A DNA stretch of 64,000 nt, from IMG/VR virus record IMGVR_UViG_3300036984_000039, positions 43,547 to 107,546 of that record. One strand, written 5' to 3'. Below, piece by piece: positions 8,447 through 18,695 of the stretch. The notes below the pieces were generated by a model. That model saw nothing but the letters and a program-made list of their open reading frames with translations, was not told the origin of the DNA and did no database searches. Position 1 is the stretch's first letter, and every line of letters starts with the position of its first letter. A program made the position numbers and the translations under genes. This stretch comes from a virus. Its lineage: Duplodnaviria; Caudoviricetes.

Positions 8447-9994
8447 TTACTCCACGATCCCGCGAAAGCGCGGATGCCACAACTTGTTGAATTCCGTTAT
8501 GCCTTGACTACAAACTTCAATCAAGTACGGTTTACCTTCGGCGTTGGCTTTTGCAAGCCCATCCAAGAGGTCTCGCTGTTCTGATTGAGTAAACCCGGTT
8601 CCTACACTGCCGAGACCCGCACCAGTGACAGGATCAGCAATCTGGATTGCCGCGAATAAACGCACAAGTTTGGTTGCTCCGGTATCTGAAAACCCCGTTA
8701 CGCGTACCGTAACAACTAAGAGATGTTTCGTGCGGACGATAGGTTCCATGTGACCGGCTCGCCCATTGGCGAGCTTGCCGCCTGTGTACGGAGCGTCCAG
8801 AAGCCGCCAAACTTCGCCTTCGCGACCCTCGGTGTGCTGCGCCTCAGCCAAGGTGTATTTCTCAGGCGCGCTATAGGCCGGCTCCAAGAACTCGAAGTAT
8901 GCCGCGCCACCGTAATCGGCCAGCTTGAGCACGACCATGCGCCCATACTCAAAACGCTTTGCCATGCGGCCTTCGGTCAAATCGCGACCGCCGTAGTACA
9001 ACGCCTCGAAGATCGCGATCTTGGGCGGTGTCAGCGCGGTGGGTTGACCGAGCGTCGCGTTGGCCTGCGCGGCCTGGGCACCGGTGCGATGTTCGCCACC
9101 CGCCACGTCCGGCCACCATAACTCAGCGTCCAGGATGAACGGGCCACAGCTTACGGCCGTAGCGGTCAGCAGCCGCGTAACGGCGGGCGACGGTTCGGCC
9201 CATAGCGCCAGAGAGCGGCTTTGATAGGCTACGGCTCGCGACGTAGCGAAGATCACCATTCTCTTGCCGTCCCGCTTAGGCTGCCCACAGTAGGCCGGAT
9301 TGCCTATGTACCACGCCCGGTTATGGGCGGCGTCCACCGGCTGCATGGTCACCAACGTGCCCGGCCGCAGGTGCGCCGGGAAGTCCGTCCAGTCCTGGGT
9401 GCTCGCCACTTGGCCCGGCAGATCACGCACGGTCAGTTTCGGCGCGGTGACCGTAGCGGGCACTACGGGCGCGCCCTCAGCTTTTGGGTAGCACGCCTCA
9501 TGTGCATAAGTGAACTTGCCGTCGACCTTACCGTAGACGATTACGGTATCGGTATCGAAGTCTTCTGGTCTAAATTCACCCTGGCACACCTGACATACTT
9601 GACCACTCAGCATCATTGTTCCGACAAGCGCCGTGTACGGGGATTCATCCGTCTGTGGGCCAGGCGTCTCAGCCGCCGCGCGGTCGGCGTTTGGAATCAC
9701 GTTCTCGCCAGTCTGCATGATATAGGCCGTCTCCCAAAAGTAGTCGGCCATCTCTGCCGCACCTTGCCCGGTGTCGAAAACGTGAAACTCGCACGTGCGC
9801 GCCAGGGCGATCAACTTGGCAACGCCGATGCCCTTGCCGTAGCGACTCAGGTAGGCTGCGCCACCGCAGCGTCCCTGCCGCACAAGACCCTGGGCCACGA
9901 TGCGCGATTGCCAGCGTTCGGCAATGTCGCTCGGCACCTTGAACGGTTGGCCGCTACCCTGCGCGGCCTTGAATTCCGAGAATGTTTGAGACAT
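8447..9994 (-). CDS. ATP-dependent DNA ligase with N-terminal extension
   Basis: QPKRDGKR (motif I), ILDAEL, EGEVWR, OB fold SVGTGFT...HPRF. Confidence 0.8.
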   Translation of the reverse strand: MSQTFSEFKAAQGSGQPFKVPSDIAERWQSRIVAQGLVRQGRCGGAAYLSRYGKGIGVAKLIALARTCEFHVFDTGQGAAEMADYFWETAYIMQTGENVIPNADRAAAETPGPQTDESPYTALVGTMMLSGQVCQVCQGEFRPEDFDTDTVIVYGKVDGKFTYAHEACYPKAEGAPVVPATVTAPKLTVRDLPGQVASTQDWTDFPAHLRPGTLVTMQPVDAAHNRAWYIGNPAYCGQPKRDGKRMVIFATSRAVAYQSRSLALWAEPSPAVTRLLTATAVSCGPFILDAELWWPDVAGGEHRTGAQAAQANATLGQPTALTPPKIAIFEALYYGGRDLTEGRMAKRFEYGRMVVLKLADYGGAAYFEFLEPAYSAPEKYTLAEAQHTEGREGEVWRLLDAPYTGGKLANGRAGHMEPIVRTKHLLVVTVRVTGFSDTGATKLVRLFAAIQIADPVTGAGLGSVGTGFTQSEQRDLLDGLAKANAEGKPYLIEVCSQGITEFNKLWHPRFRGIVE

Positions 9995-10008
9995 GGAATT
10001 GTCCTCCC

Positions 10009-10536
10009 TTAGCGGTAGATCACCGCCGATGGCGCGGTGTACTGCGGCGTGCCGACCAGTCCGTAGACTTGCGCCCAACGGGTAACACCGTGCCAGTCCG
10101 ACATCTTGACGGTATCGACCACGGCATCGGCCAGGGCGTCCAGCCGTTTTTCGAGCAGCCGACGCTCGTCACTATAGCGTCCCGGCAAGTCACAGAAGGC
10201 CATGACCGGCATACACTGGTGTTGCGCGATGGGCGAGATCATGAAGGCCACGAATCGCCAAACGTAAGCCGTCATACCCGCCTGTCGCCCGGCGTCATCG
10301 GCATAGTCGTAGTCGCCGTCACCGGGGAAGCGCGCCACGGCGGGATCAGCCTTGTAGAACTTCTTGCGCGACAGCGTCGGCTTGGATGCGCGCAAGCAGC
10401 CGGTACGGGTGTTGACAATCCCGGCGACCAGGACGTAGTCTTCGGCGCTCAGATGAGCCTGCAACTTCTCCAGATCGATCTTCGGCATGTCAGGCATTAG
10501 ATGTCTCCTTTTTAACGTCTGCGCTTTTGGTAACAT
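10009..10536 (-). CDS. Hypothetical protein
   Basis: ORF in early operon. Confidence 0.55.
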   Translation of the reverse strand: MLPKAQTLKRRHLMPDMPKIDLEKLQAHLSAEDYVLVAGIVNTRTGCLRASKPTLSRKKFYKADPAVARFPGDGDYDYADDAGRQAGMTAYVWRFVAFMISPIAQHQCMPVMAFCDLPGRYSDERRLLEKRLDALADAVVDTVKMSDWHGVTRWAQVYGLVGTPQYTAPSAVIYR

Positions 10537-10674
10537 CTTCGCTCAAAGCAGCGAGACGTTTCGCCTCAGCGGCACGCATCGCACGGGCGACGTGCGCTTT
10601 GCGTAATCGTTTTGACATCGGAACTAATTTCTTGGACATCGGGAACCTCCTGGGTGATCTCTACCTACACGCCA

Positions 10675-10716
10675 ATCATAGCACAAGTCCGCCTGTTTGT
10701 CAAGTGGGCAATATGA
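10675..10716 (-). promoter_or_regulatory. sigma70 promoter with upstream GGGCAATAT box
   Basis: TTGACAAACAGGCGGACTTGTGCTATGAT; same family as 12839, 27141 and 55838. Confidence 0.7.
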
Positions 10717-10718
10717 TA

Positions 10719-11303
10719 TTACTTCATCGGCACTTGCACCATGCCGACGAAAAGCGCGCCGCGATATAGCAGGAGTGGATGTCGCCTATTGCCGCGCTTC
10801 AGGGTGTCGGCTTTGGTCAGATGCACCGCATAGGCCAGCTTCGCCGCGGGCACGGTGAATTCCTTCTCAAGAAAGTAATCGGGCACCGCGTAACGCAGGA
10901 ATGCTAACTCACTGGCGCAGCCCAAGAATTCGACTTCCGTCAAACCTTTCGGGTCAGCCAATTCTCCGGCGACGAGCTTGTCCAGACGTTCGGCCTCTGG
11001 ATCATTCATTGCCATTTTGGGCTTGGGCCACTTGGCGTGATTTTCCAGATAGACCCGGTCACGCTTCGTAATGCGGTCGGCCAGTACCAGCACCGCGCCG
11101 TCACAGGCCCACTTGTCGCCAAGATGCACGGTGCGCCCCCAGCCGTCCTTGACGGACGGCATTGGCAACGGGGTGAGATGTTCGAGATTCGTGGCGATTA
11201 TCATTGTAGCACCTCCGCGGCTTCCGGGAAGACCATGCCCACATACCAGGGCGTGCGCCCGCGCAGGATCGGTTCTTCCGTCTCCCAAACACGCGAGCGC
11301 CAT
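10719..11303 (-). CDS. Hypothetical protein (start probably MIIATN)
   Basis: ORF in tightly packed operon. Confidence 0.5.
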   Translation of the reverse strand: MALACLGDGRTDPARAHALVCGHGLPGSRGGATMIIATNLEHLTPLPMPSVKDGWGRTVHLGDKWACDGAVLVLADRITKRDRVYLENHAKWPKPKMAMNDPEAERLDKLVAGELADPKGLTEVEFLGCASELAFLRYAVPDYFLEKEFTVPAAKLAYAVHLTKADTLKRGNRRHPLLLYRGALFVGMVQVPMK

Positions 11304-11926
11304 TCGTAGACTTGTTCGTGCAGATCATCCAGCGAGGCCGCCGCGAAGCGCATGGTCGCGCTGGTCGGGTGGTCACTGGTGTCGCGATAGCGGTGCAGAT
11401 TGATCGGGACGCTGTAGCGGATCATGACTCCTGCTCCAGAATGGCGTAACCACTCACGATCTGTTTCAACGTGAACCCTTCAGCGATAGCCTCGCGAACT
11501 TTGATAACTGCGGCCTTCTCTGCGTCATCTGGTTCGGACAGTCCTGTGGGCATTCCCGATGTTGCCCGATAAAATACCACGGCAGTAAACGTCAGATACA
11601 CGTATTTTCGCGGGCGCAACTGCTCAGACAGCCACGATGAAAATAGCCGGTCGGTTTTGTCATACATCTCTCATTCCTCGATTTGAAACACGGTGCACGC
11701 CTGGCCGAACCCTTGCCAGTTGCCCAGGCCGCGCGTATTGCCGTAGCCGTACTGCCCGATGCACTCGGCCTTCGCCGGTGCGATCTTGCGCCACAACTTC
11801 CAAGACTTGACGCCCGCCTGCGCGCCGCTGCCCGTGAAGACGCCATCGCAGAAGACGGCCTCGACGGGCACATCGCGGAACAACTTCGCCGTCCCTACGG
11901 GCGGGGTCTTACTGTTGCTTGCCATC

Positions 11927-12397
11927 TCACGCCTCTTTCTTTGGCTCGACATAGCGTCGTGCGGCGACCAGGGCCGCGCGCAACTCGTCACCGCCGACTC
12001 CGGCCTCGACAAGCAATTCAGCCACGGCCTGCACCAGCGGCGCGGGAAGCAAGGCCCAGTCTATGTGACTGACGCGGGAGGCTAGGCCGCGCTTTACGGC
12101 GCGCTGCTGCGCCTCAGCGAACACGACCTGCGCCTCAGCGTCAAAGACGTAGGCATACTGACCATCATAGGTGTCAGAGCCAACCTTGCGCCCGTTCTTT
12201 TTCCAGTAGCGCACCTCAAACTTGTCGTATTGCACAACGATCTGCGTTGGCGTGACGCGCGCAACTTCTTTCACTCTCCAACCGGGACTCAGGTCAAGTA
12301 GTATTTTGTCGCCCGCCTGGACTTGCCACAGTTCACTATTCAGAGCCATCGTGTTTCTCCTGGGCCTGGGCCAGCGCCTTGCACGTCTTGCACTCAA
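11927..12397 (-). CDS. Phage beta-barrel hypothetical protein (start probably MALNSE)
   Basis: VQAGDKI...EVARVTPTQIVV; part of small-gene operon 11201-12802. Confidence 0.5.
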   Translation of the reverse strand: MSARRARRWPRPRRNTMALNSELWQVQAGDKILLDLSPGWRVKEVARVTPTQIVVQYDKFEVRYWKKNGRKVGSDTYDGQYAYVFDAEAQVVFAEAQQRAVKRGLASRVSHIDWALLPAPLVQAVAELLVEAGVGGDELRAALVAARRYVEPKKEA

Positions 12398-12838
12398 TCA
12401 TCGTCATGATCCACCAATTTGCACACCAGTTGAAGGTGCCTACGCCGACCCGTGCGCCGCAGATCGGCGCGCCGTCCACGGCGGCGTGCACTTTCGTGCG
12501 TAGGCCGCGCTTGGTCACATAATATCCAGTCTGTTTCATGCGATCCTTCCTTCGTCATGGTTTATCCAGCGCCAGAAACTCGCGATGCGCTTGGAGCGCA
12601 TGGCCGAAGCGGCCTGTCTGATAACGCGCCGGGCATTCCCGCGATGTGCTTGACAGTGCCAAACTGTGCGCGAGAGCGGAGGCGCATCGGGATCGAGCGG
12701 CTCATTTTGTGACCAGTAAGCCGCGGGTTGTTTGCAAAATTCACAGGTATGATCTTCCCAATCTGCCCATCGGTTGCGATTCATACGGTGCGTGCGTATC
12801 ACTGCAAGCCTCCTGCGCTAGTTTCTACCTACATTTTC

Positions 12839-12901
12839 ATTATAAGCGAAGTCGGCTTATTTGTCAAGTGGCAATGTGGGCAATATCAGGGCAATATCAC
12901 G
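12839..12901 (-). promoter_or_regulatory. sigma70 promoter with tandem GGCAAT boxes
   Basis: TTGACA-N17-TATAAT; plus strand gtggcaatgtgggcaatatcagggcaatatc. Confidence 0.75.
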
Positions 12902-13120
12902 AGGATTGAGGGGAAGTTTCGGGGTTGCCAGGAGAAGACGACGCGGGCGGAGACTCCGCGCGCAGAATGGTATCTAGGTCTGCGGCACTGAGACGCACTT
13001 CCTGATGCTCGGCTTTGTCCCACAGCGCCAGGCCGCCCGGCACAACCCGCGCCAAGCGCGTGCGGGTCGGCAGGGCGACCAGCCAGTCGCCGTCGAGCAC
13101 CCAACGATTGTGCGGCACGG

Positions 13121-13318
13121 TCAGGCGGCCTTGCTCTTTGGCGCGGCTTCGTCGGCCCAAAACGCCTGCCACTCGGATTTCCATTCGGCCTCGGTCGCAT
13201 CGTCCTTGAAGCCGTCACCGGCGAGCGCCTTGCCGAAATTGCGCACCCATGCCTTGTAAGCGGCCAGGCTCTTGTCCTTGGGCCGACCGAGCACCAGTTG
13301 CGGTTTGCTGTCAGGCAT
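13121..13318 (-). CDS. Small protein directly after the MuF C-terminal domain (possible immunity/partner)
   Basis: Overlaps MuF stop; 65 aa. Confidence 0.45.
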   Translation of the reverse strand: MPDSKPQLVLGRPKDKSLAAYKAWVRNFGKALAGDGFKDDATEAEWKSEWQAFWADEAAPKSKAA

Positions 13319-14540
13319 ACACAGTCTCCATTGCTTTCAAGTCAAAAATGGCAAGCTGACTGTGCTTCTTTGCCAGGGTCAGCGCCTCGGCCTTGCTGCC
13401 ACGCCGCACCGAGATGTCGATGTAGGCTTTGCCGTCATCCACCCAACCACCCATGTAGTGATCCTTCTGCGTCAATAACTTGCGGTGGCCGCGCATATAC
13501 TTCATCAGTTTCAGGCCCGAAACCTCAGCGACGGGTAACACGAATTCACAGTCTTTGTAGGGGCTGACCATGAAGCCATCGGACGGCGACTCGTTGAGTA
13601 GCGGCTGATAGGTGAAACCGCCGTTGTCCTTGAGCAGTTGGCGCAACATGCCCGTTTCGCCCTTGTCTACGATGTCCGGCACATCAGTCGTGCCCGCCGT
13701 GCCCTTCTTCGCGAACTGGCCGCCTTTGCGCGATCCGGCAGGCTGGTGCGCGGCGTTATACAGGTCGGTCGTCCAGTCCGCGCCGAGCACGCGGTCAAGC
13801 AGGGTGTCAGTCATGGTTGCCTCCATAGGCATTTCGCTCGCGTTCCAGTCCGGCAGCGGGCCACTTCCGACCAGCGCGGCGGCCTCCGCTATCGGCACTT
13901 CTTTGATCTCCAGATGGCAACGGCAATGGCCGTCGCATTCAGATGTATTTGGCTCTCCCGGCATCGGGACTTGAGCGATGGGCCGGAAGCCCGCACGACT
14001 ATACATAACGCAAGAATTGCAATGTTCTGCGATGCCGAGCCGCCTGGCAGCAAGCACGACGAAACCGGGCTTACTCGTCAAGGAGCGTCGCTCTTTGACG
14101 GCATCATAGTATTGCCAACGCGCCTGGCCCAAATAGCCAGTCAAGCGCGCGAGCGCCTGAGCCTCGGATATTGAGCCGTCTGCAAGGCCATTCGCGAAAC
14201 CAATCAGGCGGCGATAGCTTTCCTTGATGTTCGCGCCGATAACCCCGTAATCGTGGAAACCAAGTTTATCAAGGCCGCCTGCTCCAAGTGCCCTGTTTTC
14301 GATTGCCGCGCGTCTTAGCTCGTCGCGCATGGTCGCGAGCCACGTCGAGGCGTCGAGCACGCCGGCCTTGTAGTCCAGCGTCAGCCGCGCCAGCCGGTCG
14401 CCGCGCGCCTGCACCTGCGCGTCGAGCAATTCCACGATCTTCGCGCGCGCCACGGTACGCCCGGTCGTTAGGTTGCGATAGGCGTGCAACCTGGGATCGA
14501 ACGTGTATCCCGTAAGCAGGGACGTGCGGCTAGACGGCAT
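13311..14540 (-). CDS. MuF-like head morphogenesis protein with C-terminal cargo domain
   Basis: AEHCNSC...PMPG...CDGHCRC MuF signature, then HQPAGSRKGGQF linker and extra domain. Confidence 0.7.
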   Translation of the reverse strand: MPSSRTSLLTGYTFDPRLHAYRNLTTGRTVARAKIVELLDAQVQARGDRLARLTLDYKAGVLDASTWLATMRDELRRAAIENRALGAGGLDKLGFHDYGVIGANIKESYRRLIGFANGLADGSISEAQALARLTGYLGQARWQYYDAVKERRSLTSKPGFVVLAARRLGIAEHCNSCVMYSRAGFRPIAQVPMPGEPNTSECDGHCRCHLEIKEVPIAEAAALVGSGPLPDWNASEMPMEATMTDTLLDRVLGADWTTDLYNAAHQPAGSRKGGQFAKKGTAGTTDVPDIVDKGETGMLRQLLKDNGGFTYQPLLNESPSDGFMVSPYKDCEFVLPVAEVSGLKLMKYMRGHRKLLTQKDHYMGGWVDDGKAYIDISVRRGSKAEALTLAKKHSQLAIFDLKAMETVYA

Positions 14541-15309
14541 TGACAACCTTCGGTTCACCCAAGGATGGATTATAAACCCAACGATTCCCGGCATTCCAAG
14601 CATCTGCATACATCTGCGCCGTCACTCGCCAGGGGCGACCTTCGTACGTGCCTTTTTCATCATCGGTTTGTCGCAACACGCCAGGGGGATCATGCTTACC
14701 GTCGCCCCATTCAGCCAACACCATTCGCTTCTGTTTATACTCGCCTTCGTATGTGGTAAAAATTCCCGGCTTTGCAAAGCGCGTGAGCGGAACGACATCA
14801 GGATGCGGCGGAGTTGCCCATTCGTAAGGCCCAACCTCCTGTTTTCTAGCCATGTATGCGCGCATCCGTTGCGCTTCTACCTTGGACGCCTGTTCTATGC
14901 GCTGCTCAGTGGTGGATGGCAAGAATTGTCCACCACGATAGATACGCTCATTGATACCAAGAGTTCCAGCACCGCCACGTGCACGGCCTTCCTCGCCCTG
15001 AGGATACATCTTTTCGCCGCCGACGTTTACCCATTCTCCCCCATCCGGCGATCCGGCAGGTATACGCGGTTGATTCACTGCCATCAACTTTGCTTCTTCG
15101 CTGCCCTTGCCACCCATCTGCGCCTCCGCTTGACCAGGATTATCATTCTCTAGTATAGCGGAAGTCGTGGTATTTGGCAAGTCGGAACCACGCGGCGCGC
15201 CCGGCCCGTACTTGGCGACGTGCGCGCGCCAGCGGCGCAGGAAGATCGCCTCCTGCCGGTCAAGATCGGCGGTGAGAGCCGCTACTGCCTTGTCAAGCGC
15301 CTCACTCAT
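14530..15309 (-). CDS. Putative head-associated cargo protein
   Basis: NQPRIPAGSPDGGEW and GGQF motifs. Confidence 0.5.
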   Translation of the reverse strand: MSEALDKAVAALTADLDRQEAIFLRRWRAHVAKYGPGAPRGSDLPNTTTSAILENDNPGQAEAQMGGKGSEEAKLMAVNQPRIPAGSPDGGEWVNVGGEKMYPQGEEGRARGGAGTLGINERIYRGGQFLPSTTEQRIEQASKVEAQRMRAYMARKQEVGPYEWATPPHPDVVPLTRFAKPGIFTTYEGEYKQKRMVLAEWGDGKHDPPGVLRQTDDEKGTYEGRPWRVTAQMYADAWNAGNRWVYNPSLGEPKVVNAV

Positions 15310-17606
15310 GGTTGCGCCTCCCGGTCAATCTCCCACGTGCCCACGTAGGCATCCTGATACGTGCGCGCCAACTGATTCCACCCGATGCGCGCATGGAAGC
15401 CGGGAATCAGCCAGGCGTCACCGCGCCGACCGTCCGGCGCTAGGATCACGCCGAGCGTGTAACCCTGCATGTCACCGCCGATGATGGTGCTCATCTCGCG
15501 CAGCATATCGGCCTTGCGCTCCATGACGAGTTCTTGCTTGATCTGATTGTACTCGGCTTTCTCCGCCGCGGTCAGGCCGCGCATGGCCGCCTTTTCTTCG
15601 CGACCCGGCTCGCCTATCGTCGCCCGCCAGTGCTGTGCACTCGCGCCATTGGACGCCAGGCCGGTCTTGACCTCGACGGCTACATGATCGCCCGCCACGT
15701 CGAGCGGCGCGTTATTGAGGCCCTGATTCAGCGTCTCAAAGCGCGCGCCGAAGCGTTGACTCAGCACGTGCGCGGCCAGCGCCTCGCCCAGTGCGCCCGT
15801 GGTCTCTTTGCTCAGGTCGCCGGCGGCGGGTTGGCTCTTGCCCGTCCAGACGCGCTCGGCGGTCGGCGCGAATGATAATCCGGGGCCGGAACCGCCGATC
15901 TCGCCAGGTCTGCCCTTATGCCCATAGTTACCAGAACCGGGGCCACCGAATGCGGCTTCGGACAAGCCGATCTCGTCGGAGATGGTGCCAAGCGTCGCAT
16001 CAATGAAGCGGCCAGAATATAGCGACCAACGAAATGGTGTAGTCGGCGGAAATCCCGCACGGATAAGGCGGCGCGCGGCTTCGGCCACAGCAGGCCGTGC
16101 GGTAGTATCCCAGGCGGCTGCTGTCCGAGTACGCTCCATTCCCTCGGAATCTATCTTGCGCTGAAGTTTGCGCGCCGCTGCTACGGGAATTGCCCACGGC
16201 GTAGAAATCTGTATCGGTGAAAGTGGGCCATTTTCCACGGAGCGCCATACGTGTATGCCCTCATCCTCCATTGTCTGGCGCAACGCGGCTTGTTCCGGCG
16301 TCGAAATAGATGCCAGAAGATTGTCGTGACTCTTACCCTTGAAGCTCCTACCAGAAATCACGGTGGCGTCACGCGTAATGGTTGCCACGAAATCATAGGA
16401 CTTTTCCGTGACTTGAACGGGAAGCGTTTGCCCTATCTTGGCGATATAAACAGGCCCAAGCGACGTACTCAACTTTACGGCTTTGCCAGAAACGGTACGT
16501 TGCGAGTCAATGGCTGAGGGGGTGCTATCCGATGCACTACCGCCGACTCCGACACCCGGTCTGCCTGCATGGCCGTAGTTGCCGCTGCCAGGGCCACCAA
16601 GCTCGGCAAACAGCGCCTCCCAGTCCATGTCGAGCCATTTGCGGAGAGCCGCCTGCTGTGACGGACTACCGCGCAGCGCCACGACGAACGCATCGGCGTA
16701 TAATTCGCGAGCATTGCTGATCGAGTAATTGCGCAAGCCGCCACTTTCCAATGGCCGCGGGATATCCATGCTTCGGTAGTCAAACTTGTCGTTCAACAAG
16801 CTGCGCATCTCTCGTGCGTCGTGTTGGCGATACATGACGTGATGACCGACTTCGTGGATAACCGTATCGGATGCGTTTACAGACGCGGGTGCAATGTGAA
16901 TGGTATCCGTGCTCGGCACGTATAGGCCGTTGATGTTTGGAAGGGGATCGACTGGATCAAGAAAACTGCCATTGCCAGCTAGGCGGTAACCGTATGGCGG
17001 ATCGGTTGAAAACTGAACGCCCTCAAGATAGCGTCGCGGGATGCCGCTGTGTCCAATCGTCCAGGCCAGCGTATCGGCATCGCCCAGGTGCGTCATACCA
17101 GAGCCGGATATTTTGATATTATCATTGACCCAGGCATAATCGGCTACCGGCCCGACTAGTTGCGGTGATTCTTCGCCGTCAGCGACAATTTGATGCTCTG
17201 GCCCGATGGTCGCATAGCGGCTCGGCGCGGAGCCGCCCACCCCTACGCCCGGCCTGCCTGCGTGTCCGTAATTGCCCGAACCAGGGCCACCCAATTCGAC
17301 ATCCTGCGCCGGATCATAAAACACCGCCTCGCCCAGGCCGACCGCCTCTTGCGGCGGGCCGAGGTCATCCAGCAGCAGCTTGTATTCCAGCGGCGCGACC
17401 ACGTACCAGTCGGCGCGGGCGTCCTGCACCGCGGCCTCGTCAATCACGGCGCTCAGGGCGAACGCGCCGGGATCGGGCAGCCACGTGCGCGGGTCAGCAC
17501 CTTCCGGCACGGCGGCTGCTGCTTCGCGCACCCAACGCGCGGCATCGCCCGGCGTGAAGCCCGCGGCGATGATGGCGGCGACTTGCGCCGTGGCGCGGTC
17601 AGGCAT
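15306..17606 (-). CDS. Multidomain effector polyprotein (zincin peptidase + unknown + PD-(D/E)XK nuclease)
   Basis: Three GGPGSGNYGHxGRPG linkers; HEVGH...ELYADAF; GALGE...PLDV...VEVKTG. Confidence 0.7.
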   Translation of the reverse strand: MPDRATAQVAAIIAAGFTPGDAARWVREAAAAVPEGADPRTWLPDPGAFALSAVIDEAAVQDARADWYVVAPLEYKLLLDDLGPPQEAVGLGEAVFYDPAQDVELGGPGSGNYGHAGRPGVGVGGSAPSRYATIGPEHQIVADGEESPQLVGPVADYAWVNDNIKISGSGMTHLGDADTLAWTIGHSGIPRRYLEGVQFSTDPPYGYRLAGNGSFLDPVDPLPNINGLYVPSTDTIHIAPASVNASDTVIHEVGHHVMYRQHDAREMRSLLNDKFDYRSMDIPRPLESGGLRNYSISNARELYADAFVVALRGSPSQQAALRKWLDMDWEALFAELGGPGSGNYGHAGRPGVGVGGSASDSTPSAIDSQRTVSGKAVKLSTSLGPVYIAKIGQTLPVQVTEKSYDFVATITRDATVISGRSFKGKSHDNLLASISTPEQAALRQTMEDEGIHVWRSVENGPLSPIQISTPWAIPVAAARKLQRKIDSEGMERTRTAAAWDTTARPAVAEAARRLIRAGFPPTTPFRWSLYSGRFIDATLGTISDEIGLSEAAFGGPGSGNYGHKGRPGEIGGSGPGLSFAPTAERVWTGKSQPAAGDLSKETTGALGEALAAHVLSQRFGARFETLNQGLNNAPLDVAGDHVAVEVKTGLASNGASAQHWRATIGEPGREEKAAMRGLTAAEKAEYNQIKQELVMERKADMLREMSTIIGGDMQGYTLGVILAPDGRRGDAWLIPGFHARIGWNQLARTYQDAYVGTWEIDREAQP

Positions 17607-17946
17607 GGCTAGGCTGGCTCCGGCTGGTCTTCGATCTGCACGACATAAAAATACGGTACGCTCTTGGCCGTCTCAAGCTCGCCGGGATCAGTAACCTTGC
17701 GCAAGATCATCGGGATCGCGCCATTCGCATCTGGCGGGCCATCCTTGATCTCAAACAGCGGCAGGTTCCGGTGTAGCGTCGGGTTGTAGTCCTCGTAATG
17801 AGTCATTGGATATTTCCTTAGCAGGCGGTGCGCAAAACGTGCAGCGCCAGACGATGGGCTTGCCGCTCGGCTCATAGCCGACCACCTGGCCGGCGACCAG
17901 GCCACAGTTGCGCGGCGCATGGTCGGCGTACTGGCAATAGGCCAAC

Positions 17947-18339
17947 TCAGCCATCGGCCACGTCATTCGGCCACAGGTCGGCGGGTAAGTCCAGGTACGC
18001 GCAGATCAGCCGCGCGGCGGTCAGCCAGTCGTAACATACCGCCGTGTGCCAGCCTTGCCGGGCGAGATAGGCCAGATACAGCTTTTGCTCCGGCGTCGGC
18101 TTGTTGCGACCGCTCTTAAGTTCAATCACCATGCCATTGCAGCCGTGCGCCCGTTCGCAAATCCAGACGTCCGGTACGCCTCTCCGCGTCCCAAGCCGCT
18201 GCATGTTGGCCGCGGTCGCCTTGCTGCGCATCCCGCCATTGGGTGGGTGAAAGGCAAAACGCAGCGCCTCTACCTCACCTTCGCGGGCGCGAATCCAGGC
18301 AAACAGCGCGGCTTGCTGCTCATCTTCGTCGTGTCTCAC
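17947..18339 (-). CDS. VRR-NUC nuclease
   Basis: FHPPNGG...GVPDVWI...IELKSGRNKPTPEQ. Confidence 0.9.
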   Translation of the reverse strand: MRHDEDEQQAALFAWIRAREGEVEALRFAFHPPNGGMRSKATAANMQRLGTRRGVPDVWICERAHGCNGMVIELKSGRNKPTPEQKLYLAYLARQGWHTAVCYDWLTAARLICAYLDLPADLWPNDVADG

Positions 18340-18695
18340 GGCTGCACGTCCACGCGCGCCAGACTATCACCTACCGAGAAGCCGTTCGGGTAACGCACCC
18401 TCAGCTTGGCGATGTTGGCGGCCATGATCTCGGATAGGTCAAGGCCGGTCAGCGTGCAGATGGCGGCCAAATACCACAGACAATCGCCGGTTTCGTCCGC
18501 CAGTTTCGCCATATCCAGGCCATGTCGATGCCAAACTTGCTTCTTAATCGCATTACACATTTCGCCCGCTTCACCTGCAAGGCCCAGGGCGTGAAACAGC
18601 AGCGCAATTTCCTCCGGCGTGAAGGCTTGCGGCTCATGGTGCAGCGTGCGCGCGGCGGCGATCTGATAGGCGCGGGCGTCCAGCGGCTCAGGCAT
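18336..18695 (-). CDS. MazG-like NTP pyrophosphohydrolase
   Basis: GLAGEAGE...DETGDCLWY...NIAKLRVRYPNGF. Confidence 0.9.
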   Translation of the reverse strand: MPEPLDARAYQIAAARTLHHEPQAFTPEEIALLFHALGLAGEAGEMCNAIKKQVWHRHGLDMAKLADETGDCLWYLAAICTLTGLDLSEIMAANIAKLRVRYPNGFSVGDSLARVDVQP

